DNA of 64,000 nt from Desulfomicrobium sp. (GCA_050252955.1 JBFWJY010000002.1:66680-130679); one strand, 5' to 3'. Shown: positions 19,177 through 28,170, counted from the stretch's first letter. A program made the numbers and translations. Notes: generated by a model from the sequence alone, not told the origin.

Positions 19177-20439
19177 CTATTTCCCGGTCAGGGAATCACG
19201 GAATTTGCGGTTAAGGGCGTTGATGTCCGCCGGGGTGACGGCCTTTTTCGCGTCCGCCGTCTTGCGCTTACCGGCAAGGGCTTCCGCCGTGCGGTCGTTA
19301 TTGCGGGCGGCGACGACCTCGGACGCGGCCATGAACGCGGCGTCAAGGGTCAGGCAGTCAGCCTTTCCGATGGCGGTTCCTCGCAGGCATCCGTCCACGA
19401 CCCTGGCGACAGCTTCGTCCTTCATGGCGCTGCGCAAGGACATGCGCTTGACCGTGCAGGCCGAATCGCTCGTATTGAAGCGCAGGCCCGGAGCCAGGAG
19501 CCCGGCACGGCGCACAATGGCGGCGTCTGCGGTCTTGCGCTTCGAGGCGCTGTCCTTGGCCTTGGCCGGGTCGTCTTCATCGGCGGCCGGATCTTCATCC
19601 GCGGCCTCTTCATCACCCAGGGGGTCTTCGTCCTCGCCAGCCTCGGGATCTTCATCCTCGTTCTTGGGCGGGATACGTTCCACCAGGGTGCGCAGCAGGA
19701 CCAGGATTTCGTCCAGCTTCTCATCGCTGTCCGTGGCGGTCTGCTGTTGCTCTTCGGGGGCCTCTTCTTCGTCCTTGGCCACCTCTTCAGCTGCCTCGTC
19801 GAGAGCGGCCTTCACCTTGGGGTTCTTGAACAGACGGTCCAGGAAGCCCGACTTCTTTTTCTTCGGCATGTGAGACTCCTTGTCTTGAATTGCGCAGCGG
19901 CTACCGCACCGTCCGTGCGGCACCAACGCGATATGATTGCCAACAATGGCGAACTGCCGCCCAACGCCCGGCGCCATCTCTTCGTATTCGGCGTCATAGC
20001 CACACGACACTTCCCGCAAGGGCTTGTCTTCGGGCTTCCCGCCTTGCTTGGGCGCGATCAGGAAAATAGCCTCCTGGTCCGTGATCAGCAGATCCGCGAG
20101 CAGCAGATCCGAGGCCTCTCCCTCCCCACGCCGGACATTCTGAGCATGGCCACAGGTCAGCTCTTTCCAGTTGTCGGGAGTCACAAAGTCTTCGGGGTGG
20201 CCGACGGTCACGGGCTTGCCCTCGAACGACGCTACGGTCTCGGGGGCAAAGACGTCTTCGGGCTGCCGATACACCAGCACCGTTTCTTCGGTCGCATGCG
20301 CGGCAATCTCTTCCGGGAGCTCTTCAGGCAGGTAGTGCATGACCCCAGTCCGGGCGATGGGCACGTCCAGGCACAGAAGATAGCCTTCTGGCGTGATCCG
20401 GATATTCTCGGAAAGGGCGCTGGTAGTATGGTAACGCAT
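19177..20439 (-). CDS. Prohead protease/scaffold protein (Mu I-like, DUF2213)
   Basis: N-terminal MRYHTTSALSENIRITPEGYLLCLDVPIARTGV. Central, highly acidic scaffold-like tract (EDEDPEAGEDEDPLGDEEAADEDPAADEDD). Confidence 0.7.
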   Translation of the reverse strand: MRYHTTSALSENIRITPEGYLLCLDVPIARTGVMHYLPEELPEEIAAHATEETVLVYRQPEDVFAPETVASFEGKPVTVGHPEDFVTPDNWKELTCGHAQNVRRGEGEASDLLLADLLITDQEAIFLIAPKQGGKPEDKPLREVSCGYDAEYEEMAPGVGRQFAIVGNHIALVPHGRCGSRCAIQDKESHMPKKKKSGFLDRLFKNPKVKAALDEAAEEVAKDEEEAPEEQQQTATDSDEKLDEILVLLRTLVERIPPKNEDEDPEAGEDEDPLGDEEAADEDPAADEDDPAKAKDSASKRKTADAAIVRRAGLLAPGLRFNTSDSACTVKRMSLRSAMKDEAVARVVDGCLRGTAIGKADCLTLDAAFMAASEVVAARNNDRTAEALAGKRKTADAKKAVTPADINALNRKFRDSLTGK

Positions 20440-20641
20440 GAGGCCAACGCTATGCGCGCCGGCCTCTTGGGGTCAGTCGGAATGAATTCAGCGTGAGGAA
20501 GGTGGGTTTGTAAGAGCGAGCGAACCTAGCAGGACGCTCTGTAAACGGCCCGTAAACGGGCTAGAATCGATCGGATGGGAAAAACCGGGGCGTTGTTCGG
20601 TTCTGAGGCTTGAACGCCTCTCAGGGCAAATATGGACGTTT

Positions 20642-20878
20642 TCACGCCGTGGGCTCCAAGGCGGGCTCACACTGGTCGAGTTTTACCGCTCCGGAGGCCC
20701 ACGTGTGCTCCCCGTCAACGTCGCCGATCAGGAACTCGGTTTCATAGGCGCGGCCGCCAAGCAGGTCGATTACCCGGCCCGTCGTACCGATCGGAAGCCG
20801 ATGAACGACCGAATGGTCAAAAACGTCTTCGACGTCCAGCGGCGTGACCAGGCGGATAGTGCCCCCTTCGCGGATCAT
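20642..20878 (-). CDS. Small DUF4926-like protein
   Basis: 78 aa. GTTGRVIDLLGGRAYETEFL resembles DUF4926 as I recall it. Its ATG overlaps the MuF stop (ATGA). Confidence 0.6.
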   Translation of the reverse strand: MIREGGTIRLVTPLDVEDVFDHSVVHRLPIGTTGRVIDLLGGRAYETEFLIGDVDGEHTWASGAVKLDQCEPALEPTA

Positions 20879-22131
20879 GTCGTGCTCCTCTTCTTCGGAA
20901 TGTAGCAGCTTGTCAGACGCGGGACGGTCGAAATGTTCCGGCCCGATTTGTCCCTGTCGTAAATCCAGGCGCTGAGCACGTCAACGGTCGTTCCGTTTGG
21001 ACCCGTAACCGGCGTCAGAATTTCGAAGCGCTCCCCATGCTCATCGGCCTTCCCTCGCTTGGCCGGGAGGTGCGGGGCCAAGGACATGATCTGGCTCTCG
21101 ATCAGATCCGCATGGCTCGGATCAGCCCCGAGCAACTTCTTGAACAGGACCGCCTTGGCCCGTCCGCGCGGATCCGCAGCCTCAGGATCCAGGGAATACG
21201 CCGTCAGCTTGCGTCGGTCGAACTTGGCCCGTTCCACGTTGACCAGGGGAGACTCCGGCACGTGCGGGATGACGTGGCTTGTGGACTGCTTTTCCCATTG
21301 CGACAGAGCGGACTTGGTCCCGGTCTCCATCTCTGTTTCCTGCGTGGGCATCGGTGACGCGTAAACGCCACCCGTTTCCCTCGGGATAACCGGCTCAGGA
21401 TAGCACCGGCAATTCGGGAACTCCCCAGCATGGCCCGTCATCCTGTCGATCGTGGGCGGGTTGTCCCATTCCACGAACTTGCCTTCCATGGCCCGGTGGC
21501 TTTCGCGCGTGTCCCCGTCCCTGGTTGTCCGCCAAATGTAGCCCGTCGATCCAACGGACCGGGCGCGGGCCGTGGTCAATGCGGTTCCGGCCTTGCTGAC
21601 TTCCGTCCTGGCGATGGTCAAGGCTCGCGACTGATTGACTTCGCCCACGCGTTCGATGCGCTTGGCCAGATCCTCGGCCCTGGACCCGGCCGCCATGTTC
21701 TCGCGCACAATGCCGCCCACCTGGTCGGCCGCGCCGATGACCATGGACCGAATCAGACTGGCGTTCTCCTCGATGCGCTCACGGACGGCATCGCCCACCT
21801 CTCCCGAAGACAGAAGGGTGCGGACGTCCAGGCCCATGCGCCCAGCCAGGGAGCGCCACGCCTGGTCATTCTTGCGGCGTACGCCCGTCACCATACTGGC
21901 CGCCGCCTGCCTGGCCCACGGGTCGATCACTTCGGCATATTCGCGCAGCGCCTGCTCAGCCTTCTGGGGGTCCCGGCGGGCCACCTCGGCAATCTTGGAC
22001 GCGACAGCGGTCAGCTGCCGGGCATAGCGCTTCGTAGCCACCTTGGACGGCGCAAAAGACGACGAATTGTCAGCGTCGCCCCATCCCCATGACCGCCCCT
22101 GGATCGGGCGGTCCCATTTACTGCCCGGCAC
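20875..22131 (-). CDS. MuF-like head morphogenesis protein with extra C-terminal DUF6883-like module
   Basis: MuF core ...TARTEVSKA...WRTTRDGDTRESHRAMEGKFVEWDN...FPNCRCYPEPV. GTG start at 22131, 8 nt after GGAGG. The last ~122 aa (KLTAYSLDP...GRAKAVLF...GPNGTTVDVLSAWIY...PRLTSCYI) look like a separate domain. Confidence 0.7.
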   Translation of the reverse strand: MPGSKWDRPIQGRSWGWGDADNSSSFAPSKVATKRYARQLTAVASKIAEVARRDPQKAEQALREYAEVIDPWARQAAASMVTGVRRKNDQAWRSLAGRMGLDVRTLLSSGEVGDAVRERIEENASLIRSMVIGAADQVGGIVRENMAAGSRAEDLAKRIERVGEVNQSRALTIARTEVSKAGTALTTARARSVGSTGYIWRTTRDGDTRESHRAMEGKFVEWDNPPTIDRMTGHAGEFPNCRCYPEPVIPRETGGVYASPMPTQETEMETGTKSALSQWEKQSTSHVIPHVPESPLVNVERAKFDRRKLTAYSLDPEAADPRGRAKAVLFKKLLGADPSHADLIESQIMSLAPHLPAKRGKADEHGERFEILTPVTGPNGTTVDVLSAWIYDRDKSGRNISTVPRLTSCYIPKKRSTT

Positions 22132-23518
22132 CAGGCCACCCTCCGGCAAGCTCTTCAGGAAGACGCCCCTCAGGCAGCGGCGGCACCGAATCTTCTTTCT
22201 TGGCCTCTTCGATGTCCTGGTCCGTGATGCCTTCGAATCTGCCGGAAGTCCGGCTGGAATCTCGCAGCTCGGACAAGGCATGGGCGCGGGTGATGACGCC
22301 GCCGGCGTAGAGCGCTGAAACAGCTTGCGCGTCTGCCGTGGCGATTTGCGAGCGCTCCATTTCCGTCGGGCGGTACAAGGACCGGAAAACGAAGTCGAAG
22401 CCGTCAGGCAGGGGTCTGCCCCATATCGATTGCGACAAGATGGCAAAAAGCGCCTCCATCGGCGCGTGCAGGTCATCTTCCTGCTTGGTGCTGATCGTGT
22501 CGTAATAGGTCCGAAGGTCGGATTCGCCTGTGCTAAAGCCCTTGGAAGACTGCCCCAAGAGTCGCACCAGGGGAATGCCCGTGGCCCCGGATATCTGCTC
22601 CGAAAAGGCCTGCAGGGCGTCGTAGATGCCCGCGAACGTCCATCCGTGGGTCGTAAACGTATCGTTCTTGTCCAGCAGCGTGATGCCCTCGTTGGACTGC
22701 ATTTGGCGCACCATCGTAAACATCTTGAGAAGCGCAGCCTCGGCTTTGCCCCCGGTGGCCAGGATTTCGCGCAGCCGGTCAACGCCGATCACCCGCAGAA
22801 ACGAGCGATACAGCATGTTCGCGGCTCCATGGGTGGCGCTGTCCAAGGCAAGGATCCGGTCATAGGCGCGGTCGACCATGCTCCCGCCCCAATACTGCTC
22901 AGAACGGCGGGCCTCGTCTGGGAGCTCCACGCCCACGAACCGAATGGCCCGGCTATGGTGGATCGTCTGTCCACGCAGCGCCTGGGCATGCACCCGGTAC
23001 CCGACAGGATACCCCAGCATCGGCCCCAGCTCGGTGATGCCTTCGTCCAGGGGGGTGACCTGGTGCCGGTCCAGCACGTAGAGCCCACGGAATGCGCCCT
23101 TGGCCACCGCAGAGACGTCCAGGGGGGTCGACAAGTCTTCACCGTCGATCAAGATCACGGCGATGGCCCCGCCATAGAGCCCGGCCCACTTGATGGCGTC
23201 CGTCAGCCGGGCATGGACCCCTGTCCGGCGCATCTGCCGCAAAAGCTCTTCCTTGTCGCCTGGGTCCATCTGAGAGCGTATCTCCACGCCACCGCTGATC
23301 ATGTCCTCGGCAACGACGTCGATCATGCGACCCACGACCCAGCTGCTGCGGTACATGTCGTCAAGCTCGACTCGGCTCCTGGTCGCATAACGCCCAGGGG
23401 TGTACCCGCTGGCCGCCAGCATGTTGTCTTGGCCCATGCCCAGGCGTCCCGTGAAATTGTCGAAACCGTCCGCGGTGAACTTCTTCCCGCCCGGCTTGTG
23501 GTCCCGTCGTCTACCCAT
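22118..23518 (-). CDS. Portal protein
   Basis: 466 aa between TerL and MuF. Resembles DUF1073/HI1409-type portal proteins, from memory. Confidence 0.75.
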   Translation of the reverse strand: MGRRRDHKPGGKKFTADGFDNFTGRLGMGQDNMLAASGYTPGRYATRSRVELDDMYRSSWVVGRMIDVVAEDMISGGVEIRSQMDPGDKEELLRQMRRTGVHARLTDAIKWAGLYGGAIAVILIDGEDLSTPLDVSAVAKGAFRGLYVLDRHQVTPLDEGITELGPMLGYPVGYRVHAQALRGQTIHHSRAIRFVGVELPDEARRSEQYWGGSMVDRAYDRILALDSATHGAANMLYRSFLRVIGVDRLREILATGGKAEAALLKMFTMVRQMQSNEGITLLDKNDTFTTHGWTFAGIYDALQAFSEQISGATGIPLVRLLGQSSKGFSTGESDLRTYYDTISTKQEDDLHAPMEALFAILSQSIWGRPLPDGFDFVFRSLYRPTEMERSQIATADAQAVSALYAGGVITRAHALSELRDSSRTSGRFEGITDQDIEEAKKEDSVPPLPEGRLPEELAGGWPGAGQ

Positions 23519-24965
23519 TCGCCAATGCCTCCCACACGGACAGTCCGTGCGATTTCAAGTATCTTAGCGCCTGTGTCGTGGCGTCCACCTGGTCATCGTG
23601 CCCCGCAGCGGGAAAACTGATGAGTTCCTGAACATAGTCCCGCACCCAATGGAACATGTCGTCCTCGGGGATAAACACGTTCCCGGCGGCCCACAGAGGC
23701 GTCACGGCATACGCGCGGGACACCTTCGAGCCATCCGGCTCAACCGGCACAAGCCCGGCAATCTCATCCCGCAGGGCGTCCATCACCGCCGGGCCGTTGG
23801 CCTTGTCTTCCACCAGCACCGCAGTGGCCTGGGGGTACTGGGCGGCCATGGTGCACACCGAGCTTTTCGAGGCCGTGAACCCCATTCTGGAACGCACCTG
23901 GTGCAGCAGGAAATACTGCACGCCCTTGCGCCCCCAGACCTGCCCGACAACGAAGTCCGACCCGTCCGTGTCCTTGAACGTCATGTCCCAGGAGCAGATC
24001 ACTTCATCGAAGGCATCCGGAAGGTTCCCGATGTTCCAGCGCCGGATCCAGTCTTCCTGGAAGATGTTGCCGCCTTCCTGCACCGGGTTCTGCTGGTACA
24101 GCGCGCTCCACTGCGCAGGGGACAGCATGGATTTGGTCTCTTGCAGCTTCTCAAGAGGGTGCAGCTCTGGCACCAGGGCGCGGCCGTCGGCATCGATAGC
24201 CGGAAATTTGAGATGCCTCGCCCTGGGATTGTTCTTGGCTACGGTGGCCACCAGGTCGTCTGTCGCCCAGCTTGTGGCCATGATGATGTGCCCGGAATGC
24301 TTGGATAGACGTGTCAGAAAAACCGTCTCGTACCAACGCTGAATGGTCCGCTTGATGGTCGAAGAGCGGGCCTCTTCCTCGTTCTTGATCGGGTCGTCTA
24401 TGATCCCGATGTCCACGGACTTACCCGTGAGAGGGCCGCCCACGCCTGCGCATACGTAATATCCCCGGCGCCCGGGGATATCGAATCGATCGGAGTTCCG
24501 CAGGCTTTGCCCCTCCATCGTCACAACCCGCTTGGGGTTGAGCGATATCTCCGGGAAAAGCATCCTGTAGGCGTCATCCATCATCAGCCGCTGAACATCC
24601 CTGTTCATGTCCCGAGCAAGGTCTGCGGCATACGAGCACGCCGCCAGCCTGGAATCCGGATAACGTCCGAAGACAAACGGCGGGAAGCTCCTCGACACCA
24701 GCTGGCTTTTCCCATGCTGCGGCGGGGCCTGCAGAAGCAGGACAGGCCGCCGGCCTGCTGCCACATCCTCCAGGAACTCATCTAGGGCCGCGCATACGGT
24801 CGTTGAGAACACGCTATGGTGATACCCGGGGAACGTGTAGGAAACAAAAGACGCCATAGTCCTACGGGCGCGTTCGGCCTGAAGCCGACGCAATTCCCGC
24901 TCACGGACGGCGTCTTCAAGCCTGGGCTGCTGCAAGTTCCGAGATTTTGCGTTCAAGTTCTTCAT
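23511..24965 (-). CDS. Terminase large subunit
   Basis: Walker A-like QAPPQHGKS, Walker B-like VDIGIIDDP, C-terminal nuclease region (VEDKANG...HDDQVDA). The start could instead be M37 (24857). Confidence 0.85.
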   Translation of the reverse strand: MKNLNAKSRNLQQPRLEDAVRERELRRLQAERARRTMASFVSYTFPGYHHSVFSTTVCAALDEFLEDVAAGRRPVLLLQAPPQHGKSQLVSRSFPPFVFGRYPDSRLAACSYAADLARDMNRDVQRLMMDDAYRMLFPEISLNPKRVVTMEGQSLRNSDRFDIPGRRGYYVCAGVGGPLTGKSVDIGIIDDPIKNEEEARSSTIKRTIQRWYETVFLTRLSKHSGHIIMATSWATDDLVATVAKNNPRARHLKFPAIDADGRALVPELHPLEKLQETKSMLSPAQWSALYQQNPVQEGGNIFQEDWIRRWNIGNLPDAFDEVICSWDMTFKDTDGSDFVVGQVWGRKGVQYFLLHQVRSRMGFTASKSSVCTMAAQYPQATAVLVEDKANGPAVMDALRDEIAGLVPVEPDGSKVSRAYAVTPLWAAGNVFIPEDDMFHWVRDYVQELISFPAAGHDDQVDATTQALRYLKSHGLSVWEALANG

Positions 24966-25491
24966 CCGTTAGTTTCCTCAAGTCCTGTGCACTACCAAGG
25001 GCCTGCACGCGCCCGCGGACTTCCTCTTCCACCTTGCGCCGCTCTTCCTCCCGGATCCTCTTGGCGAAGTCCTGTTCCAAATGCATGGCGTGGGACAGAT
25101 CCTTGAGCGAGCGGGCGATCTTGGCCACTTCCGCCGCGTCGAACTTCGCGTCCGGATCGGCCGCGCGTTGCTGCATCGCCTGAAAAACAAGCCCTCTCAG
25201 GATCTCGACCAGGAGGCGGCCCTGTTCGCCCTCCAGGCTCTCCGGGCCAAGCTCTTGAGCCAGGGCTCTAGCCATCTCCCTATTCTCGCGCATGGCCTTG
25301 GCCGTCTCGTTGAACTTGGCGGCATACCGACCAATGGCGCTACGGGAAGGGGCCTCCTCGCCAGGGGCGCAGCATTCCGCGATAAACGCGTGCAGCTGGT
25401 CAATCGTCATCTCCCCACGCATCAAGGCGCGGTCCAACTGTTTACGGGTCGACACAGGGAGCTTCATCACAGTGCTATGGCGCGGCATCAC
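24916..25491 (-). CDS. Terminase small subunit-like protein (Mu gp27-like, DUF3486)
   Basis: KLPVSTRKQLDRALMRGEMTIDQLHAFI plus a coiled-coil C-terminus. Lies immediately upstream of TerL. Confidence 0.65.
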   Translation of the reverse strand: MMPRHSTVMKLPVSTRKQLDRALMRGEMTIDQLHAFIAECCAPGEEAPSRSAIGRYAAKFNETAKAMRENREMARALAQELGPESLEGEQGRLLVEILRGLVFQAMQQRAADPDAKFDAAEVAKIARSLKDLSHAMHLEQDFAKRIREEERRKVEEEVRGRVQALGSAQDLRKLTDEELERKISELAAAQA

Positions 25492-25497
25492 ATCCTC

Positions 25498-25803
25498 CTA
25501 GTCCAGCGGCGGGCGCTGGATCCCTTCCACCCGCCTGGTCCCGCGCACGACTTCGACACCCGAAGCGGTCAGGGTCAACGCCGGCAGAGCGCCGATGTGG
25601 TTTAGAGTTACAAGCCCGGCGCCACGCAGGAACTCCGCGTCCTGTGTGACAACGTCCCTGGACACAGGAAGCAGATAGCTTTCCAGGGCAGCCCCCATCA
25701 GGCTTACGCTCATCCTGCGGTCCGGCTCCTCGTTTAAGAAGCAAAGCATGGCCAGCCGGCGCTTTTCGGCCACCTTGCGCTGAAATTCCTCAATGTGATT
25801 CAT
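25498..25803 (-). CDS. Hypothetical protein (winged-helix-like)
   Basis: 101 aa, ATGA-coupled to the upstream gene. No secure family. Confidence 0.5.
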   Translation of the reverse strand: MNHIEEFQRKVAEKRRLAMLCFLNEEPDRRMSVSLMGAALESYLLPVSRDVVTQDAEFLRGAGLVTLNHIGALPALTLTASGVEVVRGTRRVEGIQRPPLD

Positions 25804-26189
25804 CCCTTATTCCCCATGTGGACTTCGGTTAGCAGATCGACAGCCTTTTCCATTCGCTCCGTGGCCCTGGCTTGGCCGTTGACCTTTTGGGCCAGACCCT
25901 TGATGTCGCCCTCGATCTCCTTGAGGCTCAGGGCCAATATCTGCATGTCCTGGCTTGTCGGCAGAGACTTGAGCGCCTGCTCCAAGGCTTTCTTCGCGGC
26001 CTCGCTGTCCCTCTGCTGGGCAGCCAGGGCCTCAATGCGCCCGTCAAAACCTGCCCGGCAGATCTCGCACTCCTCTTGGCGGACAAAGATCCGCTTCATG
26101 GACCACCAGGCCCACAAAACCAGCGCCCAGCCCAATGTTTGCAGCAACCCGGGCAGATACCTGAGCAGCTCCAGGGTTATTTCGTTCAT
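25800..26189 (-). CDS. DUF2730-like membrane/coiled-coil protein
   Basis: N-terminal TM (LGWALVLWAWW) plus a coiled coil. Common in Mu-like prophages between lysis and packaging genes. Confidence 0.55.
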   Translation of the reverse strand: MNEITLELLRYLPGLLQTLGWALVLWAWWSMKRIFVRQEECEICRAGFDGRIEALAAQQRDSEAAKKALEQALKSLPTSQDMQILALSLKEIEGDIKGLAQKVNGQARATERMEKAVDLLTEVHMGNKG

Positions 26190-26401
26190 CTCCAGGTATC
26201 TCCTCGTTCATGTTCCTCTTGGCATTCCAGGCACCGGCAGCAGTTTGGGACGGCCAGGCGTCTCTTCTCCGGGATCTCTTCCTCGCAATCCACGCAGTGG
26301 GTCAGGCTCTCCCGTGCGGCTGTCTTCGGTCGCCGCATGCTCGCGAGCGCTCCTTCCCGGAATAAGCGCTCGGCCTTTTGGGCCGCGTCAATTTCGTCCA
26401 C
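26186..26401 (-). CDS. TraR/DksA-family zinc-finger protein
   Basis: Four-Cys finger CVDCEEEIPEKRRLAVPNCCRCLEC in a 71-aa protein. Confidence 0.75.
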   Translation of the reverse strand: MDEIDAAQKAERLFREGALASMRRPKTAARESLTHCVDCEEEIPEKRRLAVPNCCRCLECQEEHERGDTWR

Positions 26402-26684
26402 TGTCGCCTCCAGTCTGGGCCCCGTAACACTTCACGCAGTCTTCCAGGGCCTTGGCGTACGACCGAAAAATGTCGTCTCGCTCCAAGAAAATTTCCACGT
26501 TCAGCGCGTGGTCGAACGGCAGGGCCGGATCCAAGGCCGGGATGTCCGGGCGGGCTGGAGCCGGGCACTCTGCCACGGGCAAGGCCACGACAACGGGAGC
26601 GGCAGGGGCGACGGGGGCCTTTGCCCCGCACCCGGCACTACCAAGGGCGATTAAGGCGAGTAGCAGCACTGTGACGTGTCGCAT
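26388..26684 (-). CDS. Outer-membrane spanin (Rz1-like lipoprotein)
   Basis: Internal start MRHVTVLLLALIALGSAGC (lipobox). Its 5' end overlaps the i-spanin 3' end in another frame. Confidence 0.7.
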   Translation of the reverse strand: MRHVTVLLLALIALGSAGCGAKAPVAPAAPVVVALPVAECPAPARPDIPALDPALPFDHALNVEIFLERDDIFRSYAKALEDCVKCYGAQTGGDSGRN

Positions 26685-27075
26685 CGTCCACCACCTCCTT
26701 GGCCTCTGCTTCCGTGCGCTCGCGCGTCCGCATGGCCGAAATGATTGCTTTCCTGGCCTCGGCGTCCGCGCGGGCCTGGGCTTCCCTGACAAGAGCCGCG
26801 CGGACATTGCCCTGCAGGGCCTCGGTGGCGTTTCGCGCCTGATCCAGGGCAACCCGAAGCCCGGCCGCCTCTCTTCTGGACTCGGCCAGCTCCGACCTGG
26901 TCGCGGCGTGCTGGGCTTCCTGGGCTGCGAGCTCTCCGCCAAGGGCCGAAACCTTCACATCGTGGCGCAAGTCCTGAATGTAGAGCGCTGCCACGAGCCC
27001 AAGCAGAAGCACGGCCACCCAAAGCCACTTAGAGCCAAGGACCCGTCCGGCCAGAGGGAGTAGGCTACCGAGCAT
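26638..27075 (-). CDS. Inner-membrane spanin (Rz-like)
   Basis: N-terminal TM (WLWVAVLLLGLVAALY) then a long coiled coil. ATG at 27075 is preceded by GGGGG; the track start at 27087 is TTG. Confidence 0.7.
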   Translation of the reverse strand: MLGSLLPLAGRVLGSKWLWVAVLLLGLVAALYIQDLRHDVKVSALGGELAAQEAQHAATRSELAESRREAAGLRVALDQARNATEALQGNVRAALVREAQARADAEARKAIISAMRTRERTEAEAKEVVDDATRHSAATRLNRPW

Positions 27076-27700
27076 CACAGCCCCCAAGCCCCCATCCGGC
27101 GGCCTGATAAAGGGGCCCCCAGCGGTTCAGGATCCGCTCTGGGTAGCCCCTGTTTTCCTTGAAATTTGCGGCGGAACGCCCGGAGTTGAACCGGGTAACA
27201 TCGTTCCAGCTTAGTGGATCCATCCCCTTGGATGCGGCCAGGCGCTGGTCTCGCTGCACCCACCCCAGGCCCCCATTGTACGCCGAAAGCGTAAACGCCC
27301 ACCGGTCGCAGTCCGAGGCCGCCCGGACCCGGTTCCAGATCCATTTGTCGTAAACAATCATCGCCCTGATGGACCACGAAGCAGAGAACGGCATGGGCTG
27401 CCCGGTCTGCGGTGCTACCTCGGGCAACCAGCGCGATGTCGCAGGCATGAACTGAGCCAAACCCTGCGCGCCCACTGGCGACACGGCCCGCTCGTTCCAC
27501 CTGGACTCTTGGTGGATCTGACCCGCGAACGTGGCTACGGGAGCATTAAGCCCCCACTGAGCTCTCGCCTCGCGAATCAGAAGGGCACGGTGCTGTTTGG
27601 CCTGGGCGGGAATGAGAGGGGAGGCCACAGCCTCCCAGACGCCCCACCAGAAGAGCGCGCAAAAGGCCAGGACGGCCAGCAGGCCCCAATTCGGCCTCAT
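27065..27700 (-). CDS. Endolysin, SLT-type lytic transglycosylase with N-terminal signal-anchor
   Basis: GQIHQESRWNERAVSPVGAQGLAQFMPAT (catalytic Glu motif). The hydrophobic N-terminus LLAVLAFCALFWWGVW suggests SAR-type export. Start at 27700 (ATGA coupling). Confidence 0.8.
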   Translation of the reverse strand: MRPNWGLLAVLAFCALFWWGVWEAVASPLIPAQAKQHRALLIREARAQWGLNAPVATFAGQIHQESRWNERAVSPVGAQGLAQFMPATSRWLPEVAPQTGQPMPFSASWSIRAMIVYDKWIWNRVRAASDCDRWAFTLSAYNGGLGWVQRDQRLAASKGMDPLSWNDVTRFNSGRSAANFKENRGYPERILNRWGPLYQAAGWGLGGCDAR

Positions 27701-28170
27701 AGCCCAAGCCCCACGGCCAGCATGCCGACAGTGAAGGCCAGGGCCAGACAGACCACGCACACGCTGAAAATCCGCTCGTAGCCGTCGGCAATCTCAAAGT
27801 CCGCGCCGCCCTTGACGTCTGCGTCCGGATCCTCGCGCCAATCCGTCGCCAGGTAGCGCGACGGGTTCGCAATGGGCACCAGGGCCAGCCAGACGCACCC
27901 ACCGACGACGCCGCCAAGCGGGGCCAGTAGGAGCTTGTAGAGCACCACCGGGAGCTGCTGCGGGCTATACAACCACACCACGCCACACAGGGCCACGATA
28001 GCGATCAGGCAGTACACGATCTGGAACCTGGTTGTGCTCAAAAGGCCATCCAGACTCTTGGTCACAAGCGGCAGCAGGGAGCCCTGGAAGAGACTTGCAG
28101 CCTTTTCCTTGATCCCGCCGATGCCCTTGGCGACAAGGCCCCGGAAAAAATTCAATGCATTCTTGAACAT
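27697..28170 (-). CDS. Putative holin / lysis membrane protein
   Basis: 157 aa with about 3 hydrophobic helices, directly upstream of the endolysin. Confidence 0.6.
   Translation of the reverse strand: MFKNALNFFRGLVAKGIGGIKEKAASLFQGSLLPLVTKSLDGLLSTTRFQIVYCLIAIVALCGVVWLYSPQQLPVVLYKLLLAPLGGVVGGCVWLALVPIANPSRYLATDWREDPDADVKGGADFEIADGYERIFSVCVVCLALAFTVGMLAVGLGL

Noticed and set aside
19560-19760. Acidic tract in the scaffold protein, and the Pro/Glu-rich tail of the rhodanese protein (41000-41330), as DNA-level tandem repeats.
   Set aside because: These are compositionally biased coding sequence without a regular nucleotide period. They are consistent with scaffold and linker regions rather than a repeat element.
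17654-19873. 739-aa plus-strand ORF spanning the capsid/scaffold region.
   Set aside because: It is antisense to four well-supported, translationally coupled phage structural genes. Its composition is low-complexity with no motifs.
20875-22782. Reading the MuF gene as a 635-aa protein starting at 22782.
   Set aside because: The first ~217 codons overlap the portal gene out of frame and translate to Arg/Cys/Ser-rich nonsense. A GTG with a GGAGG ribosome-binding site at 22131 gives a sensible MuF protein.
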